A stretch of DNA of 64,000 bases from Meiothermus sp. (GTDB lineage Bacteria; Deinococcota; Deinococci; Deinococcales; Thermaceae): positions 10,670 to 74,669 of the forward strand of contig JANRLD010000072.1 in assembly GCA_033762915.1 (NCBI GenBank). The letters are read 5' to 3'. The first letter of the stretch is position 1, and every line of letters starts with the position of its first letter. A model generated the notes under the pieces. That model was not told the DNA's origin, searched no databases, and worked only from the letters and a program-made list of their open reading frames with translations. The position numbers were made by a program, and so were the translations under genes. This document shows, piece by piece, positions 23,376 to 34,858 of the stretch.

Positions 23376-23431
23376 CATAGTGAGTATCATGTGTAAGGGC
23401 GTAAGCTAGATACTCCAGTACGTCAGGGGAG

Positions 23432-24727
23432 ATGACCATTGGTATGGAGAAAACCTTAGTTGTTCGGGGCGGAACACCGCTTAGGGGTGAGCTTCCGATT
23501 TTTCCCGCCAAGAATTCCGCCCTCAAACTGATGGCCGCTAGTATCGTTACACCCGAGCCGGTCACCCTCAGCGAAGTCCCCCGCCTGCGCGACATTGATG
23601 TGCTCATCGAGCTGCTCTCCCACCTGGGTACCCGCCATGCCTGGGAGGGCCGCACCCTCCATCTTCACACCCCCGAGATTCTGCGTACCGAAGCGCCCCT
23701 CGAGCTGGTCTCCAAGATGCGGGCCAGCTTCAATGTGCTGGGCGCTCTGGCGGCCCGTGCCGGTGAGGGCACGGTGCCCCTACCCGGCGGGTGCAACTTC
23801 GCCGAGCGGCCCGTAGACCAGCACATCAAGGCGCTGCGTGCGCTGGGCTTCGAAGTCAATACCGAGTACACCGAGCAGGGCGTGGCCTACACCGCCCGCC
23901 GGACCGGTCCGGCCCGTGGCCGCGTCGTCTACGACCTCCCCACCCTGGGCGGCACCGAGCAGGCCCTGATGGCTGCGGCCCTGGGCGGAGACGCTGTCCT
24001 GGTCAACACTCCCCAGGAGCCCGAGATCGTAGATTTGTGCAGGTTCTTAACCTTGCTAGGCGCCGAGATCAAAGGCGTGGGCAGCAGCATCCTGCACATT
24101 AAGGGCAAGGCTAAACTGGGCGGCGGTACCTACCGCCCGATCCCCGACCGCATCGAGGCCGGAACCTACCTCTTCGCCGCCGCAGCCTCTAAGGGTTCGG
24201 TGACCCTCTCCGACGTTGAGCCGTTCCACATGGACGCCGTGCTGGACAAGCTGATGCAGGCCGGACACCGCGTAGTTACCGGTAAGAACTGGGTGCGGCT
24301 CGAGGCCACCCCTAACCCCCAGCCCTTCAACATCGAGGCACGCGAGTACCCCGGCTTTATCACCGATCTGCAGCCGGTGGCTTCGGCCTACCTCACCACC
24401 GTTCCCGGCACCTCGTTGGTTTCCGATCGCATTTACCCCGACCGCTTCACCCACGCCTCTGAACTGGCCCGCATGGGTGCGGACGTGACCCTCAAAGAGC
24501 GCACCCTGATGATTCAGGGGCGGCCGCTGAGCGGAGCGGCGGTCGAGGCGCGCGACATCCGCGCCGGCGGTGGCCTGATTGTCGCCGCGCTGGCCGCCGA
24601 GGGCGAGAGCCACGTGGGCGGCATGCGCTTTATCGAGCGCGGTTACGAGGACATCGAGAACCGCCTTAAGTCGCTAGGGGCAAGCGTAGGCGTGCAACGG
24701 CCCGAGCTGGCGCTGGCCGCGGACTGA
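23432..24727 (+). CDS. murA: UDP-N-acetylglucosamine 1-carboxyvinyltransferase
   Basis: AKNSAL, KMRAS, LPGGCNFAERPVDQH, PDRIEAGT, YPGFITDLQ, DIRAG, RGYE; alternative start 23444. Confidence 0.96.
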   Translation: MTIGMEKTLVVRGGTPLRGELPIFPAKNSALKLMAASIVTPEPVTLSEVPRLRDIDVLIELLSHLGTRHAWEGRTLHLHTPEILRTEAPLELVSKMRASFNVLGALAARAGEGTVPLPGGCNFAERPVDQHIKALRALGFEVNTEYTEQGVAYTARRTGPARGRVVYDLPTLGGTEQALMAAALGGDAVLVNTPQEPEIVDLCRFLTLLGAEIKGVGSSILHIKGKAKLGGGTYRPIPDRIEAGTYLFAAAASKGSVTLSDVEPFHMDAVLDKLMQAGHRVVTGKNWVRLEATPNPQPFNIEAREYPGFITDLQPVASAYLTTVPGTSLVSDRIYPDRFTHASELARMGADVTLKERTLMIQGRPLSGAAVEARDIRAGGGLIVAALAAEGESHVGGMRFIERGYEDIENRLKSLGASVGVQRPELALAAD

Positions 24728-24751
24728 CTAACCGACCGGCTGAGTTAAACC

Positions 24752-24781
24752 AAAAACCGACGGGGTGATACCGTCGGTTTT
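24752..24781. terminator. Bidirectional intrinsic terminator
   Basis: AAAAACCGACGG-GGTGATA-CCGTCGGTTTT between convergent genes. Confidence 0.85.
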
Positions 24782-24826
24782 GTTTCATGTTTGGCTTATC
24801 GCCGTCTGCCACCCTTGGAGCACCGT

Positions 24827-25420
24827 TCAATCCGAGAAGCGCTCCTCCTTCCAGGGGTCGCCCCGGCGGTGGTAGCCGTTGACCTCCCAGAAGCCAAGCT
24901 CTTCGTCGTTCAGGACTTCGAAGCCCCGAATCCACTTGGCGCTTTTCCAGGCGTATAGGTGGGGGACAATCAGGCGCAGGGGTCCGCCGTGATCGCGGGG
25001 GATGGGCTCTCCAAATAGGGTGTGGGCCAGAAGGTTCTCTGGGAGCAACAAGTCGGCAAGCTCGAGGTTGGTGGTGTACCCGCCGTAACAGTGAATCAGG
25101 ACAGCCTTTGCTGCGGGCCTGAGTTGCACCTGCGCGAACAGGTCCTGCACCTTGATGCCTGTCCACTGTACGTCGAGCTTGCTCCAGCGGGTCACGCAGT
25201 GGAAGTCGGCGGTCAGGTTGGTCTGAGGCAGGGCCTGCAGCCCCGCCCAGTCCCACTCTTGCTCGGCTTCGACCTGGCCCCAAATCTTGAAGCGCAGTTC
25301 CTCGGTCTTAACGGTGGGGGTGGGGCCGTAGGTGAGTACCGGGAAACGCTCGGTTAGGGTCTGGCCGGGCGGAACCCGCCCGCTGTCCTGCTGCTTGGGC
25401 TTGAACAGGTTGCCGAACAT
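24827..25420 (-). CDS. Sulfite oxidase-like molybdopterin oxidoreductase (YuiH-type)
   Basis: RVPPGQ, DFHCVTRWS, HGGPLRLIVPHLYAWKSAKW, GFWE.NGYH; TAGACT -10 hexamer 7 nt before the ATG. Confidence 0.9.
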   Translation of the reverse strand: MFGNLFKPKQQDSGRVPPGQTLTERFPVLTYGPTPTVKTEELRFKIWGQVEAEQEWDWAGLQALPQTNLTADFHCVTRWSKLDVQWTGIKVQDLFAQVQLRPAAKAVLIHCYGGYTTNLELADLLLPENLLAHTLFGEPIPRDHGGPLRLIVPHLYAWKSAKWIRGFEVLNDEELGFWEVNGYHRRGDPWKEERFSD

Positions 25421-25592
25421 GCACTCGAGTCTAGTGCCGTGCGGGGTTTGCCTGGGTAAGCATGAACACAGTAGGCCCAGAATCTGAAGTCGAGTACCAA
25501 GAGGTTGAAGAGCTAGACCGAAGGTGAAGGCAGTGCAGGACAACGTTCTCTGTGCGCCCTACACTTGAGGGCTGAAGTCGGGGCCTGTGACC

Positions 25593-25964
25593 TCACCCAC
25601 GGGCCCACCGATAGGCCAACCAAACTGCCAGCAAGCCCAGCACAACGCTGCTCGAGACGTACAAGAGGGCCTTGTCCCAGCGGTTTTGCTCGATCATGGC
25701 AAGGGTTTCGTAGCTGAAGCTTGAAAATGTGGTGAAGCCGCCCAGTACGCCCACGGCCAGGAACAGCCGGGCGTTCTCGGAAAGCGGGCCGGTTTGAATC
25801 CCGGCCATCACCAGTCCGATAGCGAAGCTGCCCAGCACGTTGGCGGCCAGCGTCCACCAGGGAAAGCCGCCCGCCAGCCCCCAGCCCTGCATCCAGTGCG
25901 CCAGCCCGTACCGCAGCGCTGAGCCGACCGCACCCCCCACCATCACCAGCAAAAGTCGTTCCAA
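25593..25964 (-). CDS. crcB: Fluoride channel Fluc/CrcB
   Basis: GGAVGSALRY, FPWWTLAANVLGS, GVLGGFTTFSSF. Confidence 0.95.
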   Translation of the reverse strand: MERLLLVMVGGAVGSALRYGLAHWMQGWGLAGGFPWWTLAANVLGSFAIGLVMAGIQTGPLSENARLFLAVGVLGGFTTFSSFSYETLAMIEQNRWDKALLYVSSSVVLGLLAVWLAYRWARG

Positions 25965-26045
25965 GGCCAGGGCAGTTTACAGGATGGCGGGATGGTTATG
26001 GTGCAGGGAAACAAAAGGCGAACGCAGTAGCGCGAGCACTAATCT

Positions 26046-26149
26046 CCATAGTGGAATTGCAGCATCCGCACTCGCTGATGGATCGAGCAATTGCGCCCAC
26101 AAGCCGCTCGCTGATAGGGCTGTGCTGAAGTCCTGCAATCTCACTATGG
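26046..26149. repeat. ~104-bp intergenic element bounded by 17-bp imperfect inverted repeats
   Basis: CCATAGTGGAATTGCAG ... CTGCAATCTCACTATGG (15/17 match); internal direct repeat CTCGCTGAT x2. Confidence 0.6.
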
Positions 26150-26242
26150 CGCAACTTTGAAGGTACCACCAGAACCTCCAGACCCGTCGCACTGTTGTTG
26201 CCTACCCCTTACCCCCGTCGTTGCGGATACAATCAGGCCCAA

Positions 26243-26833
26243 ATGCTGCGCGCAGTTTTCTTTGATATGGACGACACGGTGCTGGCGCCCAAGGGATTCA
26301 ACCCCTGGGCGCGGTTTAAGGAGAGCCACGGGTTGCCGCAGGGGTTGCTGATTCTGGACGGCATCGCACTTCAGCCGCACGAACGACGGGCCGAGCTGCT
26401 CGAGGCCCTGCACCGCTACGAGCTCGAGCAGATCGAGGCGTCCGAGTTGCGCGGGGGGATGGCGGAATTGCTGGCCGAACTGCGTGCACTGGGGGTGGCT
26501 ACAGCGCTGCTCACCAACAACCACCGCCGCGCTACCGAGGTGGCCCTCCGGAGGCACGGCCTGGAGTTTTCTCTAGTCCTTACCCGTGACGAGGCCACCC
26601 CCAAGCCCGCCCCAGACCTACTGTTGGCGGCGCTCGGACACTTTGGCCTCGAGGCCCAGCAGGCCCTCTACGTCGGCGACTCGGAGGGGGATCTGCAGGC
26701 CTGCAATGCGGTTGGGGTTCCGGTTTGGTTCCTGGCGACCCCGCACAATCTACAGTTTTCCCCCCGCTTCGAGTACACTGACCATCTGCGGGAAGCGCTG
26801 CTTCCCAGAATCGTCGATCGAGCGGGTGTTTGA
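26243..26833 (+). CDS. HAD-superfamily hydrolase
   Basis: FFDMDDT, LLTNN, KPAPD, YVGDS..D motifs. Confidence 0.92.
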   Translation: MLRAVFFDMDDTVLAPKGFNPWARFKESHGLPQGLLILDGIALQPHERRAELLEALHRYELEQIEASELRGGMAELLAELRALGVATALLTNNHRRATEVALRRHGLEFSLVLTRDEATPKPAPDLLLAALGHFGLEAQQALYVGDSEGDLQACNAVGVPVWFLATPHNLQFSPRFEYTDHLREALLPRIVDRAGV

Positions 26834-27366
26834 TGCGCTGGTGGATGGGGTTGGCAATCGTGGTCGTGGGGCTAATGCTGAGCCCCAAGGCGGTCTCGAG
26901 TGCTACCACCCATTCACAGGCGCAGTGGATCGTGGTGCTGGGTGCGGCGCAGTACAACGGCCAGCCGTCGCCCATTTTCAAGAACCGTCTCGAGGCTGCC
27001 CTGGCCCTATACCGCCAGAAGGCCGCGCCAAAAATAGCAGTGACCGGTGGCCGCAAACCGGGCGATAACTTTAGCGAGGGTCAGACCGGCTGCCGCTTCC
27101 TGATGGGTCGGGGTGTGCCACGCTCGGCGCTGTTATGTGAGACCAGCAGCCGGAGCACCTGGGAAAACCTCAGCAATATTCGCGCCCGGGTTGCGGGCGG
27201 GAGGGTGATTATCGTCACGGACGAGCCTCATCTGCCCCGCGCCTTGATCCTGGCGGCGCACCTGGGCATCCGGGCCAGCGGCCACGCGGTCAAGGGCGAG
27301 TTCGCCACAGCCTATTGGCAACGCGAGAACTGGCTGGCGCTGCTGGCCAGGGTGGGGGTGTGGTGA
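26830..27366 (+). CDS. YdcF/DUF218 family protein
   Basis: N-terminal TM/signal; VVLGAA, VTGG, SEG, SRSTWEN, VTDEPHLPRA. Confidence 0.88.
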   Translation: MMRWWMGLAIVVVGLMLSPKAVSSATTHSQAQWIVVLGAAQYNGQPSPIFKNRLEAALALYRQKAAPKIAVTGGRKPGDNFSEGQTGCRFLMGRGVPRSALLCETSSRSTWENLSNIRARVAGGRVIIVTDEPHLPRALILAAHLGIRASGHAVKGEFATAYWQRENWLALLARVGVW

Positions 27367-27404
27367 ACCCTTACCAGCCTCGGAAGATTTGAAGGGGGAC
27401 CTCA

Positions 27405-27502
27405 GAGCGGTTCCCACGCATATTCCCTACGGCGCTAAAACGGGCGGTTTTTGCTGAGTACATTGCCTGCAGCCGCGAGGGTGGTAAGGGTGGGAAACGC
27501 AA
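27405..27502 (+). repeat. MITE/REP-like element, copy C
   Basis: Terminal inverted repeats GAGCGGTTCCCAC / GTGGGAAACGCAA, flanked by TCA on both sides; homologous to copies A and B with an altered centre. Confidence 0.78.
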
Positions 27503-27531
27503 TCAGTTTGTCCACAGCACCCGGGCGCATC

Positions 27532-28428
27532 TCAGGGGGTCTTCGCTGGAGCTGGCACCCGGCTCCTGAACACCAGCCCAACGCCGATTAAGACTAGAAC
27601 CGCGCCCGCGACAGTCCACAAGGTGATACCCTCGCGCAGAACGAGCCAGCCCAGAATCGCGGTCAGGACCGGGTTGACGTAGGCGTAGGTCATCACGATG
27701 GCCAAGGGCAGCAGCCGTACCGCATAGATGTAGGAGGTATAGGCGACCCAGGAGCCCGCCACAATCAGATAAATCTGTGCCAACCAGCCTTGGGTCGAGG
27801 GGTTGGTCCACTGCTCGCCCAGTAGCGGTGCAATGAGCGCGAAGGCCAGACCGCCGAACAGCTGCTGGTAGCCCGAGACCACGACCGGCTCGAGCCCCAG
27901 GCTGGCCCGCTGGGTGATCACGCTACCGGTGGCCCAGCACATCGGCGAGAGCAGCAACAGAACGAAGGCCAGCAGGCTGGTCTGACTCGGCTCTACCAGC
28001 TTGGGCACCGATAGTACCCCAATTCCCACCAGACCCAGCACCAGTCCCAATACCAGCCAGGGCGAGGGCAGGCGGCGGTTGAGGTAGGCCTCGAGGCTGT
28101 TGGCCCAAATGGGAGAGGCCGCCACCATCAGAGCCTGGTAGTTGCTCGGCGCGTACTGCGCCGCGATCAGGATCAGCCCGTTACCGCCCACCCATAGCAC
28201 CATTCCGGTGACAGAAAGCGTCTTGAACTCCTGCCAGCTCAGCCGGACCCGCATTTTTCGCCAGTAGGCAAAGGCCAGCAGGGCCAGCCCAGCTGGGATA
28301 AACCGCGCCGCGCCCATGATAAACGGCTCCCACCCACCCTCAGGGCCAACCCCCAACCGGAAGGCCACGTATGTGCTGCTCCAGACGACATAGACGACGA
28401 GCAGATGCAGTAGTCCGGTTGGGTTCAT
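27532..28428 (-). CDS. EamA/DMT family transporter
   Basis: ~10 TM; VYVVWSSTY, YAYVNPV. Confidence 0.9.
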   Translation of the reverse strand: MNPTGLLHLLVVYVVWSSTYVAFRLGVGPEGGWEPFIMGAARFIPAGLALLAFAYWRKMRVRLSWQEFKTLSVTGMVLWVGGNGLILIAAQYAPSNYQALMVAASPIWANSLEAYLNRRLPSPWLVLGLVLGLVGIGVLSVPKLVEPSQTSLLAFVLLLLSPMCWATGSVITQRASLGLEPVVVSGYQQLFGGLAFALIAPLLGEQWTNPSTQGWLAQIYLIVAGSWVAYTSYIYAVRLLPLAIVMTYAYVNPVLTAILGWLVLREGITLWTVAGAVLVLIGVGLVFRSRVPAPAKTP

Positions 28429-28636
28429 GGAAGGGTAGCGTATGGAGGGTGCGGGTTCACAAAACTGGGGCGTGTCGTTCTGGTGCAGGGCTTCCGCCTA
28501 TACCCTACACCCAAAGAGACTCTTTGGTTGAAATGCGACCTATTGCTGACCAACTCCGGCAAGGAAGTGCGCCCGGCAAATAGCTGCCGTATCCCCCAAC
28601 TTTGCACCCCTACCGTGGCGCATATTGGACCATCAT

Positions 28637-29254
28637 CTAAAACAGCGACTCCTGGCTCACGGTATTGATCGTCAGGTTGGGTTTTGGACCCAGCTCGTCG
28701 AGGGTCTTCTTGACGAGCTGGATGTCCTGCCACGCGAGGTGCTTGGGGCTGCCGGGCTCCCTCGAGGGGTTGCGCAACAGGTAGGCCGGGTGGAACATCG
28801 GGAATATCTGGATGCCCTGCCACTCAAAGAACTTGCCCCTGGCCTGGGTGATCGAGCGCTTCTCGCCGGCGAAGAACTCCAGCGCTGTGGCCCCGAGCGG
28901 GATGATGATCTGTGGCTTGACCAGCTCGAGCTGTCGGTTGAGCCATAGGCTGCTGCAGGTCTTGGCCTCAATCATCTCCGGTGTGCGGTTACCCGGCGGA
29001 CGGCACTTAACGATGTTTGCGATATAGAGGGTCTCGCGGGGTAGGCCGGCGGCCTGGAGGATTTTGTCCAGCAGTTGCCCGCTGCGCCCCACGAACGGGC
29101 GGCCTTGCAGGTCTTCGTCCTCGCCCGGGGCCTCACCCACGATCATCAACTTGGCGTCGGGGTTGCCCTCGCCGAAGACGACATGGGTGCGTCCCTGGGC
29201 CAGTGCGCAGGCAGAGCAGGTGCGGGACTGTGCAGCCAGAAGTTCGAGGTTCAT
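28637..29254 (-). CDS. udgA: Family 4 (type-4, Fe-S) uracil-DNA glycosylase
   Basis: CxxC, VFGEGNP, GEAPG, GRPFVGRSGQLL, NIVKCRPP.NR.P, HPAYLLRNP; 205 aa. Confidence 0.93.
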   Translation of the reverse strand: MNLELLAAQSRTCSACALAQGRTHVVFGEGNPDAKLMIVGEAPGEDEDLQGRPFVGRSGQLLDKILQAAGLPRETLYIANIVKCRPPGNRTPEMIEAKTCSSLWLNRQLELVKPQIIIPLGATALEFFAGEKRSITQARGKFFEWQGIQIFPMFHPAYLLRNPSREPGSPKHLAWQDIQLVKKTLDELGPKPNLTINTVSQESLF

Positions 29255-29329
29255 GGAGGGATCGTGGGAGGAAGCTATCGCGGGGGTCGGGGGCAAACGA
29301 ACCTACACCTTATACCTTAATTTTGCGTA

Positions 29330-30433
29330 TCACGGCAGGGTTCGAGCAAAAAAGCGCAGCCAGTTCCCGCCCAGCACGGCCTCCTGGTGGCTCTCTGGAG
29401 CGAGTCGGGCTAGGTTGGGATAGTCACTGGCGCGTTGCAAGTCGAGGGGAGTCTCCTCGCCGCCCGCCCCGGCGTCGATGTCGGAGCCGACCCCCACTTT
29501 GTCCCAGCCAATGCGGCCGGCCAGATACTCGGTTTGGGCTCGAGCCTGTTGCCCGAGGTGTACCGACGGGTTGGTGCCGACGGGCTGACCGATGCGCCAG
29601 CGTGCGTCAAGGAAGGCGTTGATCAGGTTGACCCCGATCACTCCGTTCTCCCGCCCGATGGCGTCGATCATGGCGTCGCTCAGGTGGCGGTTGGGAGGCA
29701 GGTTGGGGGAATCATTTTGCGGCGTGGGAAGCAGACTGCGGGCGTTGGAATGGGTGGCGCACAGCGCGTGGTGGCCGACCTCAAGCCCCTCCCAAAAGGC
29801 TTCCTCGGCCAGGTGCGAGACGTCGTGGATGATGCCCAGCTCGCGCATGCCCTGCAGCAGTTCGCGGCCTTCGGCGCTCAGACCGCCGGGGCTGCCGGTG
29901 CCGCCCGCGTAGCGGCTCTGGCCCCAGGCCAGCGAGATCATCCGCAGTCCGCGCCGATGCCAGCGCTCGAGGTAATCGGGTTTAACGATGGGGTCGGCGC
30001 TTTCCATCAGCACGATCAGCCCCAACTTAAGGTCGGTCGGCCATAGGCGCAGGTGCTCCTCGAGGGTGGCCCTGTCGGTGATGATGCGGGCGTGGCCGTC
30101 GTCGTGCCAGCGCTGGTACAGCTCCAGCTGTTCCAGGGCCAGTTTTTCGGCCTCCTGTGGGGTACTGTAGACCCTCGATCTGGTTCTGGCGGTCATGTTG
30201 TTCATGTAGGCCGCGTTCCACACGGTGGCGGGCTCGACAAACAGGGTTGCGCAAACCACGGCCACCCCCGCCCGGCTCAGGTCGGGCAAGCTGACCATGC
30301 TCTGCTCGCGGGCGCGGAGTTCGGTGGCCCGGATCTCGTCCACCGTGCGGGTCAGGTCGCGTCCGTTGAGCAGGGCGTTAAAGGCCAGGTCGAGGTGCGC
30401 ATCCACCACCGGGGGAGGGCTCGAGGTGTCCAT
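29330..30433 (-). CDS. Membrane/renal dipeptidase family M19 protein
   Basis: VDAHLD, LMESAD, DVSHL, THSN, GSDID. Confidence 0.88.
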   Translation of the reverse strand: MDTSSPPPVVDAHLDLAFNALLNGRDLTRTVDEIRATELRAREQSMVSLPDLSRAGVAVVCATLFVEPATVWNAAYMNNMTARTRSRVYSTPQEAEKLALEQLELYQRWHDDGHARIITDRATLEEHLRLWPTDLKLGLIVLMESADPIVKPDYLERWHRRGLRMISLAWGQSRYAGGTGSPGGLSAEGRELLQGMRELGIIHDVSHLAEEAFWEGLEVGHHALCATHSNARSLLPTPQNDSPNLPPNRHLSDAMIDAIGRENGVIGVNLINAFLDARWRIGQPVGTNPSVHLGQQARAQTEYLAGRIGWDKVGVGSDIDAGAGGEETPLDLQRASDYPNLARLAPESHQEAVLGGNWLRFFARTLP

Positions 30434-30444
30434 TGGCCCCCACT

Positions 30445-30852
30445 TTACGCAGCCGGCCTCCACCACTGCAACCGCAGGGCGAGGCCGCGCCAAACCAGCA
30501 AGAACAGCAGGGTGAAGCCGAGTCCCACCGCCCAGAAAACGAAAAACCCCACGCTGAAGGGTTGGCCAAGCACTAAAAACCGGAACACCACCCCCACCGA
30601 CACCGACAGTGCCCAGGTCAGCATCAGGTTACGCCAGGATGGTCGGGCGTACGTTCGCAAGAACGGTGCGATCAGAAACCAGGCCAGCAGAATCGGAAAG
30701 CCCGTCTCCCAGAACCCCCGCCAAACCGATCCTAAGCCCGTTAGCGTCCCGTGCAGGGCCTGTCCCACCACCACGAAGGCCAGCAGACAAACCACGTCGC
30801 CTCGGGCCAGCGTGCGGCCGGTGTTGGACGAGCGAGGGACGGGCTCTGTCAT
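30445..30852 (-). CDS. DUF3054-like membrane protein
   Basis: 4 TM; GD.V.LLAF...G...H, P..LAW, C-terminal WR. Confidence 0.65.
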   Translation of the reverse strand: MTEPVPRSSNTGRTLARGDVVCLLAFVVVGQALHGTLTGLGSVWRGFWETGFPILLAWFLIAPFLRTYARPSWRNLMLTWALSVSVGVVFRFLVLGQPFSVGFFVFWAVGLGFTLLFLLVWRGLALRLQWWRPAA

Positions 30853-30911
30853 GGAAAGAACACCTGCGGAGTCATAGACCAAACAAAGGTGAACGCCCTG
30901 GGCCGCACGCC

Positions 30912-32854
<1,943 letters not shown>

Positions 32855-32997
32855 TCAGAAGCCATATGTTCCCCACATGACTCAACCTTCGGCCCCCTCT
32901 CGGCAGCCAGATGGGGTTGGCCTTATGGCGTAGAGGCAAAAAGTGCACATGCAACAAGCCAACGACCTCCCTCTGGGTCTTGCGGTAGTCTGTCGGC

Positions 32998-33165
32998 ATG
33001 GAGAAGATGAACCTGGGCGGGGCGGTCGCGGCAGGGGTGATGTTTGGGCTGGCCGGGCTAATCATGTTGGCGCTGGGGAACTGGCTGGCCGGGCTGTTCT
33101 TTCTGCTGGCGGCGGCGGGGATGGGGTTTGCCGTGTGGCGTTTTGGCGGCGGTAAGCGGGGGTAA
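32998..33165 (+). CDS. 55-aa two-TM membrane protein (not in the ORF track)
   Basis: MEKMNLGGAVAAGVMFGLAGLIMLALGNWLAGLFFLLAAAGMGFAVWRFGGGKRG; TAGTCT -10 hexamer just upstream. Confidence 0.65.
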   Translation: MEKMNLGGAVAAGVMFGLAGLIMLALGNWLAGLFFLLAAAGMGFAVWRFGGGKRG

Positions 33166-33259
33166 ACCGGGTTGGTCGCTTCGGCGCTAGGGAACCTTGG
33201 AATCAAGGGAATCTAGAGATTTCGGTGTACACTACAGTTATCCGTGCAGGGAGGTACGT

Positions 33260-33817
33260 ATGAACGCAGCGCCGTCCATCACCGACACCCTAAGCAGCAT
33301 GATCTCTCAGAGCATGCAACTGCTTTCCAAACCCAGCGTGCAGACGTTCGAGCAGCTCGAGGACAAGGGGAAGGTGCGTGAAGCCGTGATTTACGTCGCG
33401 GCAGGCTCCGTCATCACTGGCTTGCTGGGTCTGGGGGCGGGTCTGGGGGGTTTCATCGCCGGGATCCTAACCACCATCATCGGCTTTCTGGTTTTCACCT
33501 ACCTAATCTTCTATATCGGCAAGAGCCAGGGCGGTACCGGCAGCTTCGACCAGGTGGCCTACAGTTTCTCGCTGTTTTATGTGCCGGTCTCGGTGGTTGC
33601 GGCGGTCGGGAGCCTGATCCTGGTTATCACCGTGATTGGGGTGCTGCTGATTCCCGCGCTGCTCCTTGCCGCTGTTGCGGCCAACGTTTACTTCGCCTAC
33701 CTGGCGGTGCAGTCGAGCCTTAACCTGACCCAGAGTGGCCCCATCTGGACTACCTTGATCGTATCGGCCATCGGCAGTTTTATCGCCAATTTTGCCATCG
33801 CCAACCTCTTTAGCTGA
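33260..33817 (+). CDS. Yip1-like membrane protein
   Basis: RBS GGGAGG; LSKPS..TFE, GG.GSF, five hydrophobic helices. Confidence 0.72.
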   Translation: MNAAPSITDTLSSMISQSMQLLSKPSVQTFEQLEDKGKVREAVIYVAAGSVITGLLGLGAGLGGFIAGILTTIIGFLVFTYLIFYIGKSQGGTGSFDQVAYSFSLFYVPVSVVAAVGSLILVITVIGVLLIPALLLAAVAANVYFAYLAVQSSLNLTQSGPIWTTLIVSAIGSFIANFAIANLFS

Positions 33818-33984
33818 CGCTCTTCAGGACCAAAGACGACACGCTGAACCCAGGGGAGTTTTGCTATCGGGAGCAAGGCATGCCATCAGTCCTCTAGCCC
33901 GTGAAAAGGCGCCTCGGTGCGGCCCAGAACCCCAGCACCCCTCTTCGTGAAACCGTGTGGCTTGGCCGCGTGTAAACTGAAGGC

Positions 33985-34632
33985 GTGCGCCTTGTCTCGA
34001 TAAACCTCAGCGGCGCGGCCCGGACGGTAAGCAACGGTGCCCGCACCACCCACACCGGCATCAACAAGCTCCCAGTGCCCAGCGCCGAGATTCACGCCTT
34101 GGGCCTGAACGGGGACCTGGTGTCCGACAAAAAGAACCACGGCGGGGTGGATCAGGCCGTCTACCTCTACTCGGCTGACGACTACGCCTGGTGGGCAGGA
34201 GAGCTGTTCGCCGACCTCGAGCCGGGCACCTTCGGCGAAAACCTGACCCTCTCGAGCTTCGGCCCCGAGCCCCTCCGCATCGGCGACCGCTTCCAGGTCG
34301 GGCCGGTGCTGCTCGAGGTGACCGCCCCCAGAATTCCCTGCTGGGTGCTGGCCGACCGCATGGGCGACACCGGCTTTGTCAAAAAGTTCCGCGACGGCCA
34401 GCGTCCTGGCGCTTATGCGCGGGTGCTCGAGGGCGGTACGGTTAAGACGGGCGAAAAGGTGGAAAAGATTTCCGCCCCGCCCACCATGCCACCGCTGCTC
34501 GAGGTCTTCAACGCCTGGTACGAAAAATCCCCCGACCCCGCCAAACTCCGCTGGTTCCTGACCGCCCCCCTGGCCGAACGGGCGCGGGCTGCTTTTGCCG
34601 ACCAACTCGCTGAGGTCGGGGCGGCGCAGTAG
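33985..34632 (+). CDS. MOSC domain protein (YiiM-like)
   Basis: TGINK, HGGVDQAV, FGENLT, IGDRF, EVTAPRIPC. Confidence 0.9.
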   Translation: MRLVSINLSGAARTVSNGARTTHTGINKLPVPSAEIHALGLNGDLVSDKKNHGGVDQAVYLYSADDYAWWAGELFADLEPGTFGENLTLSSFGPEPLRIGDRFQVGPVLLEVTAPRIPCWVLADRMGDTGFVKKFRDGQRPGAYARVLEGGTVKTGEKVEKISAPPTMPPLLEVFNAWYEKSPDPAKLRWFLTAPLAERARAAFADQLAEVGAAQ

Positions 34633-34782
34633 GGTTTGCTTTAGCGGAGTCTCGAGCCCTCACAAGAGGGCCGGTCGATGCTTAAGCCGGCAATACAAGA
34701 AGTGTTCGCCGTGATTCAACTCTAGCCCATGGCGCATCTGTTAGTGACCGGGAGCAAAAAAGTCTGTCGCAAGACAAAAATT

Positions 34783-34824
34783 GAAGGTCGAAGGTCGGAG
34801 CGTGAGCCCAGACCTTCGACCTTC
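34783..34824 (-). terminator. Terminator hairpin built from heptamer repeats
   Basis: (GAAGGTC)2...(GACCTTC)2, followed on the - strand by AATTTTTG; downstream of the ABC binding-protein gene. Confidence 0.65.
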
Positions 34825-34858
34825 GCCTTGGTTCAACCGTCAACCATGAACGGTCAGA

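Noticed and set aside
23300..23400. Deinococcal RDRM radiation-response operator
   Set aside because: TTATG half-sites are present, but there is no 17-bp palindrome with a matching second half.
25965..26240. Fluoride riboswitch upstream of crcB
   Set aside because: I could not find the GGCGATGG...TTCGCC...GCTGATG architecture on the crcB strand; TAAACT close to the start suggests little or no leader.
28498..28512. CCTACACC/TATACC-like tracts (also ~15478, ~26211, ~29301)
   Set aside because: Similarity too short and degenerate to call a repeat family without a statistical test.
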